Positions 52,980 to 63,595 are shown, counted from the first letter of the stretch. The stretch: 64,000 nt of DNA from Bacillus sp. (in: firmicutes) (GCA_003560495.1 PWLM01000040.1:8663-72662), one strand, 5' to 3'. The notes: a model not told the origin generated them from the sequence alone. Program-made: numbers and translations.

Positions 52980-54758
52980 CTAAAAACTCTCCGGTTCCGC
53001 AAAAGGAAGCATGACAGTAAACGTTGTGCCTTCCTCCAGTTTACTGTGTACAGTAACTTTACCATTATGGGCATCAACAATGTTTTTAACTATTGCCAGC
53101 CCGAGACCAGTTCCTGCCCTTCCTCTCGTTCGTGCTTTATCCGCTTTATAAAACCTTTCAAAAACAAAAGGAAGATCTTCCTCGGGTATACCTGAACCTG
53201 TATCTTTTATATCGATTCTAAGCCCTGATTCTGTTCCATATACTTTAAAAATGACTTTCCCATACTCCGGTGTATGTCTGATAGCATTATCGATCAAATT
53301 AGTAACGACTTGTTCAAGACGGTCCGGATCTGCATATACCTCATTAGCCGGCGGATTAATATCCCCCTGAAGATCTACGTGCTGTTCCCGGGCTATCACC
53401 TGAAATTTTCTCAGCATTTTATCTGCAAACCTGGGAATATCAACATGCTCCCTCGAAAGGCTGAAGTGTCCTGCTTCCATTCTCGCCAAATCCAGCAGTT
53501 CGTTGACGAGCCTCCCGATCCGAAGTGATTCGTCGTAAATGACGCGGGCCATTTCTTTTTTTTCTTCTTCTGTTTCAGCAATACCGTCCACAATTGCTTC
53601 ACTGTACCCCTGGAGCAGAGAAATCGGCGTCCGCAGCTCATGTGAGACGTTTGCAATGAAGTCTTTGCGCAGTTTATCGTGCTGACGTTCTTCTGTCATA
53701 TCACGCAGGACGGCAACAGCCCCGCGGATTGCTTCACTATCATAGAGAGGCGTCATTAATATCACCCACGTTCTTCCCTGAATAACGACCTCATCCACAA
53801 CCTCTTCTTCGTCGGAAACGACCTGATCAAAAAGCTCTTTCAAATGAAATGGCTCTTCCCCGCTGGAAACCTGTTCTTCATACCTCCAGGCGTCAATAAA
53901 TTCCCCGGCGGGTGGGTTCGTGATTTTCACCTGGCCGCGTTTATCGAACGTCATCACTCCGTCAGCCATGGAACTTAGTATTCTTGACAGCTGCTCCTTC
54001 TCCTGATTAAGTGCATGCAGATTTGTATTAAGTGCTCTGCGCATCCGGTTAAACGCCATCGCAAGAAGTCCAATTTCATCTTTTGTCTGAATAGGAATTT
54101 TTGTATCGAAATTTCCTTTTGCCACTTCAAGTGACGCCGCCCGCATCTGCCTCAGTGGTGCTGTGATCCGGGAGGTCAGGAAAAAAGCAAAAACCGTAGT
54201 CAAAATAATTGCTATCCCTGCGGAAAAAAAGATAATTTGTTTCGTCTGGTCAGAGGCTTCTTCAATAACATCCAGAGACTGATATAAAAAGAGTGAACCT
54301 TCTTCGCCGCCCGCGAAACTTACAGGCATGCCGACGACTATAATTTCTCCGCTGAGTCCTTCACGGCTCGCATCCGTAAAGTCACCGTGCGTAATTACTG
54401 TTGCTTCTTCATGAAGTACCTCAGAAAGATTTTCATCTTCGTAAAACAAAGAAAGGGGTATAGACTTCTCGTCCTCTTCTGAAGTATACCAGTAATCATC
54501 TTCCCCGATGACAAGGGCCCTTGCCGCATAGGATTCTGAAATAATTTGACTTATATTAACGGCGGCATCCTCCGTGGATTCGTTTTCAAGAAAAGTCACG
54601 ATAAGATTTGCATGATTCAGGAGTTCTCCTTCTGCCTGTTCAGTATGAAATCTCTCGAAATACTCCATTAGTAGTACAGTCAGCACTAAAAGTACTACTG
54701 ACACAAGAAGAAGTATAGTGAACCACAGCTTGCCTACGACGCTTCTCCAGAACATCAT
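52980..54758 (-). CDS. resE: Sensor histidine kinase ResE
   Basis: FWRSVVGKLW start, HAMP and PAS-like regions, SHELRTP, DTGSGI, GTGLGL. Confidence 0.95.
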   Translation of the reverse strand: MMFWRSVVGKLWFTILLLVSVVLLVLTVLLMEYFERFHTEQAEGELLNHANLIVTFLENESTEDAAVNISQIISESYAARALVIGEDDYWYTSEEDEKSIPLSLFYEDENLSEVLHEEATVITHGDFTDASREGLSGEIIVVGMPVSFAGGEEGSLFLYQSLDVIEEASDQTKQIIFFSAGIAIILTTVFAFFLTSRITAPLRQMRAASLEVAKGNFDTKIPIQTKDEIGLLAMAFNRMRRALNTNLHALNQEKEQLSRILSSMADGVMTFDKRGQVKITNPPAGEFIDAWRYEEQVSSGEEPFHLKELFDQVVSDEEEVVDEVVIQGRTWVILMTPLYDSEAIRGAVAVLRDMTEERQHDKLRKDFIANVSHELRTPISLLQGYSEAIVDGIAETEEEKKEMARVIYDESLRIGRLVNELLDLARMEAGHFSLSREHVDIPRFADKMLRKFQVIAREQHVDLQGDINPPANEVYADPDRLEQVVTNLIDNAIRHTPEYGKVIFKVYGTESGLRIDIKDTGSGIPEEDLPFVFERFYKADKARTRGRAGTGLGLAIVKNIVDAHNGKVTVHSKLEEGTTFTVMLPFAEPESF

Positions 54759-55477
54759 GCCTGATCCTGAACCTCAAACTTATAGCCTACCCCCCAGACT
54801 GTCTTAATCATCTCAGCAGCTTTCGGCTCCTCGTGACTCAGTTTTTCGCGAAGTCTTTTAACATGAGTATCCACTGTTCTCAAATCTCCAAAAAATTCGT
54901 AATTCCATACGTCCTTTAAAAGCTGCTCCCTTGCGAATACTTTATCCGGTGCCTGCGCAAGGTAAAGCAGCAGTTCGTACTCTTTTGGTGTTAAATTAAT
55001 AAGTCTCCCGTCCACGGTAACCCGGTGGGCTTCATTATCAATAGTAAGATGAGGAAATTCGAACAATTCTTTTGTTTTTGTTTCTGTCTGCAGAAACTTA
55101 GTGGAAGACGACCGGCGGAGCAGCGCCTTGACGCGCAGTACTACTTCCCGCGGACTGAATGGTTTTACGATGTAATCATCGGTTCCTGCTTCGAAGCCCT
55201 GGACCCGGTTTACTTCCTCTCCTTTTGCTGTCAGCATAATAATCGGTGTCGCTTTTTGTTTGCGGATTTCTTCGCAGACTTCTATTCCATCCATTCCCGG
55301 CATCATTAAATCAAGAATTATCAGATCAAAATCCTTATTTAAAGCCATCTCCAATGCTGATTCACCATTTTCAGCATCGTTTACAATGTACTGCTCTTTT
55401 TCAAGGTACATTCTCAGCAGACGTCGGATACGTTCTTCATCATCTACTACAAGAATACTTGTTGATTCTGCATTCAT
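54755..55477 (-). CDS. resD: Response regulator ResD (start ATG 55477)
   Basis: VVDDEERIRRLL, LDLMMPG, KPFSPRE, DLRTVDTHVKRLR. Confidence 0.95.
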   Translation of the reverse strand: MNAESTSILVVDDEERIRRLLRMYLEKEQYIVNDAENGESALEMALNKDFDLIILDLMMPGMDGIEVCEEIRKQKATPIIMLTAKGEEVNRVQGFEAGTDDYIVKPFSPREVVLRVKALLRRSSSTKFLQTETKTKELFEFPHLTIDNEAHRVTVDGRLINLTPKEYELLLYLAQAPDKVFAREQLLKDVWNYEFFGDLRTVDTHVKRLREKLSHEEPKAAEMIKTVWGVGYKFEVQDQA

Positions 55478-55492
55478 TATTATCCCTCCAGC

Positions 55493-55528
55493 AAAAGGCT
55501 GTCCAATGCATTTATCGGACAGCCTTTT
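55493..55528. terminator. Hairpin between resC and resD
   Basis: AAAAGGCTGTCC...GGACAGCCTTTT. Confidence 0.65.
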
Positions 55529-55554
55529 CATTACATATTTATATTGTATCGAAG

Positions 55555-56760
55555 TTAAGCATAAGAGTGAAGTCAGGCGATTATCAGGTTTACGAAAATC
55601 AGGTTAAACATGATCAAAGCAAACCCTATCACACAGAGCCAGGCACTTTTTTCTCCCTGCCACCCACGTGAAAGACGAAGATGGAGATAAGCTGCATAAA
55701 ATAAAAACGTGATAAGAGCCCATACTTCTTTTGGATCCCAGCCCCAGAAACGGGTCCAGGCGATCTGTGCCCAGATCATTGCAAAAATCAGTCCTCCAAG
55801 AGTAAATACCGGGAAACCGATAGCAATTGCGCGGTAGCTGATTTCATCCACCGTCTGAGGATTTACGTTGCGTACGAGCGGCTGAAGAGCACCGGCTACG
55901 GGTTTTCTAAAGCCAAAACGGAGACCCCCGTAAAGAAGTAAGCCGCCTAATACGGACCACAACACCGTATTTACGTCATCACTCCGAATGAATTCCGGCA
56001 TGGAAATAACCGGGTTAAAACCTTGTTCAGAAACGAGTTCTCCTTCATTTGGCCCTACTATAGGAGGCAGGGGATAATCGATTTCTGATGTCTCTCCAAA
56101 TTCATTGACGTACTCAAATGTTGCCGTATAGTCCGCCGCCCCAAAGCCAATACCGATCATTACATAGGCTACTGTTGCAAGCAGTGTAAACATAATAAAC
56201 TCTATACCTTTTACTTTCTTGGAAGCTTTCGTAAAATCAATCATTCTGACGAGGTAAAGGACCCCTGCGGCAAAACCGATTGCAAGAATCCCCTGGCCAA
56301 TAGCTGTAGTAATGACGTGAATAAACAGCCAGTTGGACTGAAGCGCCGGTATCAGCGGCTGAGCTTCTACAGGAAACATTGAAGCGTAAGCAATAATCAG
56401 CATAACAACAGGCATCGTAAACAGCCCGAGATAATTATTTTTGTAAATTGGATAGATTATCACAAAAGCAAGAGACATAGCTATTCCGAGAGCAGTAGTA
56501 TATTCAAACATATTACTCACCGGAGCGTATCCTACGGCAAGCCATCTGGTCACGAAGTACGCCAGAGCGGAGATAAATCCGCCCACAGCACTGATGTAAC
56601 CAAACAGACCCGATTTATTCGCCTCTATTCCTTTACGGTTTTTAAATTTTTTCCCCGTAATTGAAACCGCAAAGAAAATTGTTGCGGCCAAATACAGCCC
56701 AAATGCGACAAACAGGAGCGTGCTGCTTAACTCAAACATTTTATCGGCTGCCTCCTTCAT
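55555..56760 (-). CDS. resC: Cytochrome c biogenesis protein ResC (CcsA), interrupted by in-frame TGA at 55573-55575
   Basis: WWD motif WTRFWGWDPKEVW, YLH; after the TGA the frame continues LHSYA-TAA, the conserved C-terminus. Confidence 0.93.
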
Positions 56761-58411
56761 TCATCTTCGATTTGTCTTCTTCTATTTTCTCTTCTTCATC
56801 CAGCTGATCATGAACTTCAGGGAGGCTCGTGCCTTCACTGATAAAGGCTATATCATTTTTCAGTGCATGCCAGTTTTTATTGGCGTGTCCTGCAACCAGC
56901 ATCCGGCCGTCTTTCTGCTGAATCCATATTCTACGGTGATGCCAGTACGATCCCTGGATGAGACCAACCATGAAAATAGATCCCCCAACGATGATTATTG
57001 GCAGCGTGTGGTCTCTGCGCACAGTTAATCCGGTCACATCCACAAGTTCAACGTCCTGCATACTGATGCGGTGCTCGTGCCCTTCATTTAACGCCTCGTT
57101 CACCTGCACTCCGATCATACTGATTTCTCCCGTGTCTGTTTCCGGGTCTGTATCCGGAGGAAAGACTTCAAAAATGATTCGAGGATTATCCGGAACACGG
57201 TTCATCGTCATCGGTTCTCCATCGTCGCTCACGTAGAAATTAGGGAAATACTCGATAATTTCCACCTGATAGCCGTTCTCAAAATCATAATACATCTGAG
57301 GATCATTCAGATCCACGTTAAAAACAACTTCTTCCAGCTGTTCTTCATCCGCTGTCTCTGATTCCAGGGTAAAAGTAAAATTAGAAAGTTCGTTAATCTT
57401 ATAATCCACCTGGTAAAGAGAAATACCTTCGAAAGTAAGCGGCTCGTTTACTCTGATCTCATGATTTTTAACATGTTCAAGCTCTGTTTCACTTCCGATG
57501 CTGCCGCCTTCCGCACGTTTATAGAGGCTGGCGTTCGTCTGGTAGTTGGAAACGACCGGAGCATCCTCCCGCATTAATGCTTCCTGAAAAATATCCTCAT
57601 CCTGCTCATCATATAATTCGACGAGAAATTCATTGTTTTCTACAAAATATTCCCCATCTGTTCCGCTGATTACTTCTGTTTCACCTTCCCGGATCCACAC
57701 GTAGTCGTCAAGATACATTCCTGGAAAAAAGCGGAGCATTCCTCCGATAAGGAAAATAATCAGACCAATATGATTGACGTAAGGTCCCCAGCGGGCGAAG
57801 CGTCCTTTTTCCGCCAGCAGATTCCCATTCTCTTCCCGGACTTTATACCGTTTGGACTTCAGTTTATCTTTTACGCTTTCCAGATCGGTATTTGATGAAA
57901 GACCTTCTCCATATACCCGCTGCTTTTTCATAAAGGCAGCATGTCTTGTCACCCGCTGTTTTTTTAACGCCCGGTAAAGGGGTACAAACCTGTCGAGGCT
58001 TGCTATTACAAGTGAAATTCCGAGTGCTGCAATGAGAAGCATATACCACCAGGAGCTGTACAGGTTATGAAATCCCAGATCGTAGTAAAGCTGTCCGAGT
58101 ATGCCATACTCCTGTGCATAGTATAAAGAAGGATCCTCTCCCGGCGGAATATACATCTCCTGAGGAAACAGCGTTCCGATGGAAGACGTGACAAGAATCA
58201 GCACGATAATCCAAATACCGACTTTTACCGAGGAAAAGAAATTCCACACTTTGTCCACGACGGACCGTTTGTAAGTCTGGGAGCGTCTTGCCACCCCTTC
58301 ATATCTCATGTTGGCGAGCCGGCCGTCTTCTTTCAGCGGTTTTCCGCACGATTCACATAAGTACGTCCCATAAGGATTTTTATGTCCGCATTCACATGTT
58401 TCTTTGTTCAT
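56741..58411 (-). CDS. resB: Cytochrome c biogenesis protein ResB (CcsB)
   Basis: CECGH.NP.GT.LCESCG N-terminus, WNFFSSVK, RWGPYVNHIG. Confidence 0.94.
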   Translation of the reverse strand: MNKETCECGHKNPYGTYLCESCGKPLKEDGRLANMRYEGVARRSQTYKRSVVDKVWNFFSSVKVGIWIIVLILVTSSIGTLFPQEMYIPPGEDPSLYYAQEYGILGQLYYDLGFHNLYSSWWYMLLIAALGISLVIASLDRFVPLYRALKKQRVTRHAAFMKKQRVYGEGLSSNTDLESVKDKLKSKRYKVREENGNLLAEKGRFARWGPYVNHIGLIIFLIGGMLRFFPGMYLDDYVWIREGETEVISGTDGEYFVENNEFLVELYDEQDEDIFQEALMREDAPVVSNYQTNASLYKRAEGGSIGSETELEHVKNHEIRVNEPLTFEGISLYQVDYKINELSNFTFTLESETADEEQLEEVVFNVDLNDPQMYYDFENGYQVEIIEYFPNFYVSDDGEPMTMNRVPDNPRIIFEVFPPDTDPETDTGEISMIGVQVNEALNEGHEHRISMQDVELVDVTGLTVRRDHTLPIIIVGGSIFMVGLIQGSYWHHRRIWIQQKDGRMLVAGHANKNWHALKNDIAFISEGTSLPEVHDQLDEEEKIEEDKSKMNEGGSR

Positions 58412-58423
58412 ACAAATCCCCCA

Positions 58424-58951
58424 TTAATTTTCCGGTACGAGGCTGTCAAGAGCATCAATTACCTGTTCTTCTGTTTTCCCGCCGACTTGACGCTCTTTTA
58501 CCTCTCCCTGATCGTCAACAAGATAAACGGAAGGGAGAACCCCTACACCGTAGGCATTGCCGACCAGCATGTTCCGGTCAATGTACAAATCAAAATCAAG
58601 ATCATACCGCTGCTGATGCCGTTCCACCTGAAGTGAAGTTTCGTCCACATTGATGTTGAGTACCTTCACACCCATTTCTTCGTAGTCTTCGTAATGATCG
58701 TTCAACACCTGCATTTTATCGCGGCAGTAGGTACAGTAAGTTGCCCAAAAATTCATATAAACTCCCTGCCCCTGCAGATCAGAAAGTTCAACCCGTTCGC
58801 CTTCCATATCCTCCAGAACAAAGTTCGGGGCTTCATCCCCCTGATCCACCAGTCCTCTTTCTTCCGAAAAATGATTATAGAATGTATATCCTATAGCTGC
58901 AAGCATAACGAGCAGTATTGTCGTCCGCATCCAGAGACGCTTCTTTTTCAT
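58424..58951 (-). CDS. resA: Thiol-disulfide oxidoreductase ResA (start ATG 58951)
   Basis: N-terminal TM anchor, APNFVL.D, NFWATYCTYC, YGV..LP. Confidence 0.9.
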   Translation of the reverse strand: MKKKRLWMRTTILLVMLAAIGYTFYNHFSEERGLVDQGDEAPNFVLEDMEGERVELSDLQGQGVYMNFWATYCTYCRDKMQVLNDHYEDYEEMGVKVLNINVDETSLQVERHQQRYDLDFDLYIDRNMLVGNAYGVGVLPSVYLVDDQGEVKERQVGGKTEEQVIDALDSLVPEN

Positions 58952-59051
58952 AAGGCATCCCCCTAGAAAATAGGTTTTTTGACTGTTTCCCATTCATCTT
59001 ATCATTTGTATCCAAAAACTACAGGTATGAATAATAATACTTTATTGAAAT

Positions 59052-59771
59052 TTATGTGACAGAGAGTTCACGCAGTTTTTTTACTTCATGAGGCTTTAAC
59101 TCCCGGTATTCACCTGCGTTCATTCCCTTTAAATCGAGAATCCCGTAGCGTTCTCTTTTGAGCTTAATTACCGGATGACCGACTGCTTCGAGCATTCTTC
59201 GTACCTGGCGGTTGCGCCCTTCGTGAATCGTGAGTTCAATAATTGCTGTACCTTTTTTATTATCTGTTTTGCGGACTTTGGCGAAGGCAGGAGCTGTCTT
59301 GCCATCATCCAGCTTTACTCCCCTGTTCAGTTTCTGCACCGCCTGTTTCGACGGAATTCCTTCAACCTTGGCAATATACGTTTTTTCCACTTTGTATTTC
59401 GGATGCATAAGCATATTGGCAAACTCTCCATCATTCGTCATTATTATGACGCCTGAAGTATCAAAATCAAGCCTTCCAACTGGATATATCCGCTGCTCTG
59501 CAGGAATAAAGTCCGTAACAACTTTTCTTCCGGATTCATCCTTTACACTCGAAATAACGTTCGAAGGTTTATAAAGCAGGAAGTATACCGGCTCTTCTTT
59601 CTCGAGCGGTACCCCGTTAACAATAATGTCATCCTGGTGAATGTCGGCTTTAAACCCCAGTTCTTTCACTGTTTCACCGTTAACCTTGACTTTGCCGCCG
59701 GTAATAAGCGTCTCAGCTTTTCTTCTCGAGGTGATACCGGCATTTGCTATTATTTTTTGAAGTCTTTCCAT
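59052..59771 (-). CDS. rluB: 23S rRNA pseudouridine synthase RluB
   Basis: S4 domain MERLQK, YPVGRLDFDTSG, EGRNRQVRRM. Confidence 0.95.
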   Translation of the reverse strand: MERLQKIIANAGITSRRKAETLITGGKVKVNGETVKELGFKADIHQDDIIVNGVPLEKEEPVYFLLYKPSNVISSVKDESGRKVVTDFIPAEQRIYPVGRLDFDTSGVIIMTNDGEFANMLMHPKYKVEKTYIAKVEGIPSKQAVQKLNRGVKLDDGKTAPAFAKVRKTDNKKGTAIIELTIHEGRNRQVRRMLEAVGHPVIKLKRERYGILDLKGMNAGEYRELKPHEVKKLRELSVT

Positions 59772-59921
59772 TCCAATCTCTCCTTTATGTTATCATCACG
59801 ACAACGGATACGGGTGCATACAGCCCCAGTATTATATTGTACCTCGGAATTCGTACGAAAGAAAGGCTGAAGCTGACGCTTCCTTCCACCGGTCGGAGGC
59901 CTAAAACATATAAAGGAAGGG

Positions 59922-60752
59922 GTGCCGCTTTTGAAAATTATTCTGCTTTTAATCACAGGAGCTTCAGCAGTTTACTTGTTTCACGCCTGGCAGGTTTTCG
60001 GCAGCCAGGAAGATATGCTTTTTATTGGAGCTGATATTACGGAAGAGAGAATCGAAGAAGTAAATTCGGAATGGAATAATACAGAAGAGCTTCACCTGGA
60101 AACAGAGGACGGGGAAATTCTTCATGGCTGGATGCAGCATGCCGGAACGACTCCCGCCCCACTTCTTATATATTTCGGTGGAAACGCAGAAGAGGCTTCC
60201 GCTGGTATTGAACAATATAATATACCTGATAACTGGTCTGTTCTCTTTATGAATTACCGCAGCTATGGCAAAAGTTCAGGCGAGCCGGAAGAATCCACTT
60301 TATTTGAGGATGCTCGACTTTTGTACGATTATGCCTCTTCTCATGAAAAAGTGAAAGACAGGAGCATTGCAGTTATGGGAAGAAGCATGGGCACAGCGCC
60401 TGCAGCTCATACAGCAAGCAGCAGAGATCCCGCTGGTGTCATACTCATTTCTCCTTACGACAGCCGGGAAGAACTTCAGTCCCACCGTTACCCGTATCTG
60501 CCTGTATCAATGTTTATCCGCCATCCTTTTGAAGTAAGCAGCATGGCGCCGCAGTCGGAAGCCCCGCTGCTCGGCATAACCGCTTCAGAAGACAGAGTAA
60601 TCCCACCGGAACATTCCTATGTCACATTTAATAACTGGAACGGGGCTGTCCATCATGTAGAGCTGGAAGGTTTCGGCCACAACTCCCTGCCACAGAGCAG
60701 AGACTTTCACGATGAAATTACGAACTTTCTTTCAGAAATAGAATCGCCTTAA
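59922..60752 (+). CDS. Membrane-anchored alpha/beta hydrolase
   Basis: N-terminal TM, YFGGNAE, NYRSYGKS.G.P, GRSMG nucleophile elbow, D.VIP, GHN. Confidence 0.88.
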   Translation: MPLLKIILLLITGASAVYLFHAWQVFGSQEDMLFIGADITEERIEEVNSEWNNTEELHLETEDGEILHGWMQHAGTTPAPLLIYFGGNAEEASAGIEQYNIPDNWSVLFMNYRSYGKSSGEPEESTLFEDARLLYDYASSHEKVKDRSIAVMGRSMGTAPAAHTASSRDPAGVILISPYDSREELQSHRYPYLPVSMFIRHPFEVSSMAPQSEAPLLGITASEDRVIPPEHSYVTFNNWNGAVHHVELEGFGHNSLPQSRDFHDEITNFLSEIESP

Positions 60753-60875
60753 AGATGCTTATTTAAAATGTCCGTGTTTCAGCAGAATATGTGTAAAAGA
60801 GCTTATTAAGCAACTGTAATTTATTATTTAAATTAGAACATCTAATACAAGTAAACACCCTAAACCATCACTTGA

Positions 60876-60908
60876 AAAGGAGACGTCCCTTTCAGACGTC
60901 TCCTTTTC
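60876..60908. terminator. Bidirectional terminator
   Basis: AAAAGGAGACGTC...GACGTCTCCTTTT. Confidence 0.85.
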
Positions 60909-61045
60909 CGCCTATTAATCAAAATTATATGATCGCTAGATATAGATATGTCTCTACGATGCTCAGCTGATATATGCATAGAAAAATCGTTTAATAACAG
61001 TCTGAAACCATTTACCCCGTCCTGTTTTCTCAATGTCCGACTAAA

Positions 61046-62461
61046 TTAATAAGTCGTCACACCTGATATTTTCTGCAGACGGTAAACCCACTGCCGCCAG
61101 GCAGAATGGGGGTTTTCATACTCCTCGTAATCAGCTGTATACTTATGGGATTCATTAAACCAAATCTCCTCAAACCACTCCCTTACTTCGACTGCAGCTT
61201 CTGCATCCGGCGGGGACTCCACGTACAGGTTAGTATCCAGATTGTTATTTCGCATGTTTCTGCTGGAAAAGTTGGCGGAACCGGCGATCATTTTCGCTCG
61301 TTCTTCAGAGTAAACAGCCATCATTTTAGGATGAAACTGCTCATCAAGCGTGTTATACCACCGAATTGTCAACGATTCACCCGTACTTTCCATTAAATCT
61401 TCAGAAACAGGACGATTGGGCATCCCGAAAACTTCAATGCCGAAAGCACTTTCGTTCGGATCCAGTATCATATTTATTTCTACCCCTCTTAAAGCCGCCT
61501 CTTCGATAGATTCGATTATTTCCGGATCGGATATAAAATACACCCCAATCCAAACTTCATTACCTGCCTCAGCCTCATCCAGCATATCCTGCACTCTTTG
61601 GAAATTGGCTCCTTCAGTTAAAACCTGGACACTGTAATCCCCTTCTTCTTCTTCAACATGAAAATCTGGAAGACGGACGTCGGAAGAAAAATTCAAAACC
61701 GCCTGTTCAGTCTCATAAATATCTTCCAGTACCTTTCCTGAAACCTGAAAGCCGGTATTGGTATAGTAATAGCTTTCGTCGTGAATATTTGCAGAGGATA
61801 TCAGTCCGGTTTTTTCTGTAAAAAATACTTTGCGGTGATTTGCACGCCCATTCATTAATTTAAGTATAGATCTGGCAGTCATTTCCGGGGCCTCCGGGTC
61901 AAATGGATTTTCTATCCACCCCGGTCCGCTCTGACCGAACCATTGAATGAAGGCCCGCCATACTCCGGAATAAAGCGGATTGGAATCTTGAAGTCTTGTA
62001 ATATCTGTAATCACTACTTGAATATCTTCCTCTTCCATTTCGTTCAGCAGCTCCGATTCATGGGAATAATAGGAGGTATTAATAGGATCGGTGATAACCG
62101 TTATCGGCATTTCCGGATGATCCTCTTTTTTATTAATCAGTGCTTCGGCTATTTCTCTGCTTACACCCGGAAAATCACCTTCAGCCATGTCATTAAACAT
62201 AAAGACATCCAGAACGATCATTTCTTCTGCCTCTTCAATCCCTTCGATGATGGCAGAAAAAATCTCCTCTTCAAATATTCTTTCTCCATTATCATTAATT
62301 GATCGATTGAAGAGAAAGGATACGTCATCTGCTGAGTGCATCTCTCCTTCATAGGAGGTGTTCTCAGGGATCGGTTTGAAAAGCCCATATAAAGTTGCCG
62401 CGAGAACGACTGAAAGGATAAAAGCTGAAATAAGTCGAATTGGACTTTTCGTTATTTTCAT
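61046..62461 (-). CDS. Phospholipase D-superfamily protein, exported or membrane-anchored
   Basis: Two HxK motifs: NHRKVFFTE...SSAN and FHPKMMAVY...GSANF; N-terminal hydrophobic segment. Confidence 0.85.
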   Translation of the reverse strand: MKITKSPIRLISAFILSVVLAATLYGLFKPIPENTSYEGEMHSADDVSFLFNRSINDNGERIFEEEIFSAIIEGIEEAEEMIVLDVFMFNDMAEGDFPGVSREIAEALINKKEDHPEMPITVITDPINTSYYSHESELLNEMEEEDIQVVITDITRLQDSNPLYSGVWRAFIQWFGQSGPGWIENPFDPEAPEMTARSILKLMNGRANHRKVFFTEKTGLISSANIHDESYYYTNTGFQVSGKVLEDIYETEQAVLNFSSDVRLPDFHVEEEEGDYSVQVLTEGANFQRVQDMLDEAEAGNEVWIGVYFISDPEIIESIEEAALRGVEINMILDPNESAFGIEVFGMPNRPVSEDLMESTGESLTIRWYNTLDEQFHPKMMAVYSEERAKMIAGSANFSSRNMRNNNLDTNLYVESPPDAEAAVEVREWFEEIWFNESHKYTADYEEYENPHSAWRQWVYRLQKISGVTTY

Positions 62462-62622
62462 AGCGTCTGCTCCTCTGCTGTTTAATACTCAACGATGCTG
62501 TTCTTATAGGTAAATATTCTTATTATTATATACCCTTAATATGGCACTGCTTATTCCTGAAATTCGGGTATTGTTAATTTTATGGACGTCGTGCTGTATT
62601 ACTTTTCAGATAACCAGATTTA

Positions 62623-62647
62623 GTTTTATCTTTTTATAGTAGGGAAA
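62623..62647 (+). promoter_or_regulatory. SigB-type promoter upstream of the SDR gene
   Basis: GTTTTA-N13-GGGAAA. Confidence 0.5.
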
Positions 62648-62679
62648 TAAGATCCATAATAACTGAAGGAGGATTATTT

Positions 62680-63480
62680 ATGAGTATATTTGCTGACAAC
62701 GTATTTGCCAATGATCATATCATCGTTACAGGAGCTACCGGAGGAATCGGCTATGTTACGGCTATGGAGCTTTTGAAAACCGGGGCAAAAGTAACTGCCT
62801 GCGGCAGAAACGAAGAAAAACTGAATAAGTTAAAGCAGTCTGCCCACTACCAGGCTGAAGGAAGCCGTATACTTATCATAGCAGGGGATTTAAATAATCC
62901 GGAGGACAGAGAAAAAATTGTTCAGGAAGCTATGGCGCATGCCGGTGAAATAACTGGTCTCGTTAACGCAGCCGGCATAACGGGGGGAGATCTCGTAGAA
63001 AGAATTGAAGAAGAGGAAATTACCCACGTAATGGAAACGAATTTCACTTCACAGGTAATGCTTTCGCAGCTTGTTTACAAAGAAATGAAAAAAGAACGGC
63101 GCGGGAATATTGTCAACGTTTCTTCTCTCTCTGGTCTGCGTGGTACTTATGGCAATACTGCCTATTCCGGCTCAAAATTTGCTCTTATTGGATTTACACA
63201 GTCATTTGCTCTCGAAGCGATAGAACACGGCATCCGGGTCAACGCTGTCTGTCCGGGATTTGTTGATACAGAAATGGCCAGAAATATACTTGATAAAAAA
63301 GCTTTTCGTGCCGGAATTACTTACGAGGAACAGCTTGAAGCAGTCCAGAAAGATCTTCCTTCAGGCAGGATTACGACTCCTGAAGAAGTAGCTTCAGCTA
63401 TTTTATATCTGCTATCCGGAGCATCCGGCAACATTGTAGGCGAATCATTAAAAATATCGGGTGGAAGTGTCATGAGGTAA
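62680..63480 (+). CDS. Short-chain dehydrogenase/reductase
   Basis: TGATGGIG, NAAG, YSGSK, NAVCPG. Confidence 0.93.
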   Translation: MSIFADNVFANDHIIVTGATGGIGYVTAMELLKTGAKVTACGRNEEKLNKLKQSAHYQAEGSRILIIAGDLNNPEDREKIVQEAMAHAGEITGLVNAAGITGGDLVERIEEEEITHVMETNFTSQVMLSQLVYKEMKKERRGNIVNVSSLSGLRGTYGNTAYSGSKFALIGFTQSFALEAIEHGIRVNAVCPGFVDTEMARNILDKKAFRAGITYEEQLEAVQKDLPSGRITTPEEVASAILYLLSGASGNIVGESLKISGGSVMR

Positions 63481-63595
63481 GAATTTTTCAGGGCTTTCGT
63501 CTTTATGACCTACCTTAATCTCCACAGGTATTTTAAACATGGAGACGAGGACTCAACTGCTGAATGAGAAATGATTCGGCAATTTTTTAACAAAA

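Noticed and set aside
55490-55575. Selenocysteine insertion at the resC UGA
   Set aside because: The position corresponds to Gly, not Cys; there is no SECIS-like hairpin immediately 3', and the downstream hairpin looks like a terminator
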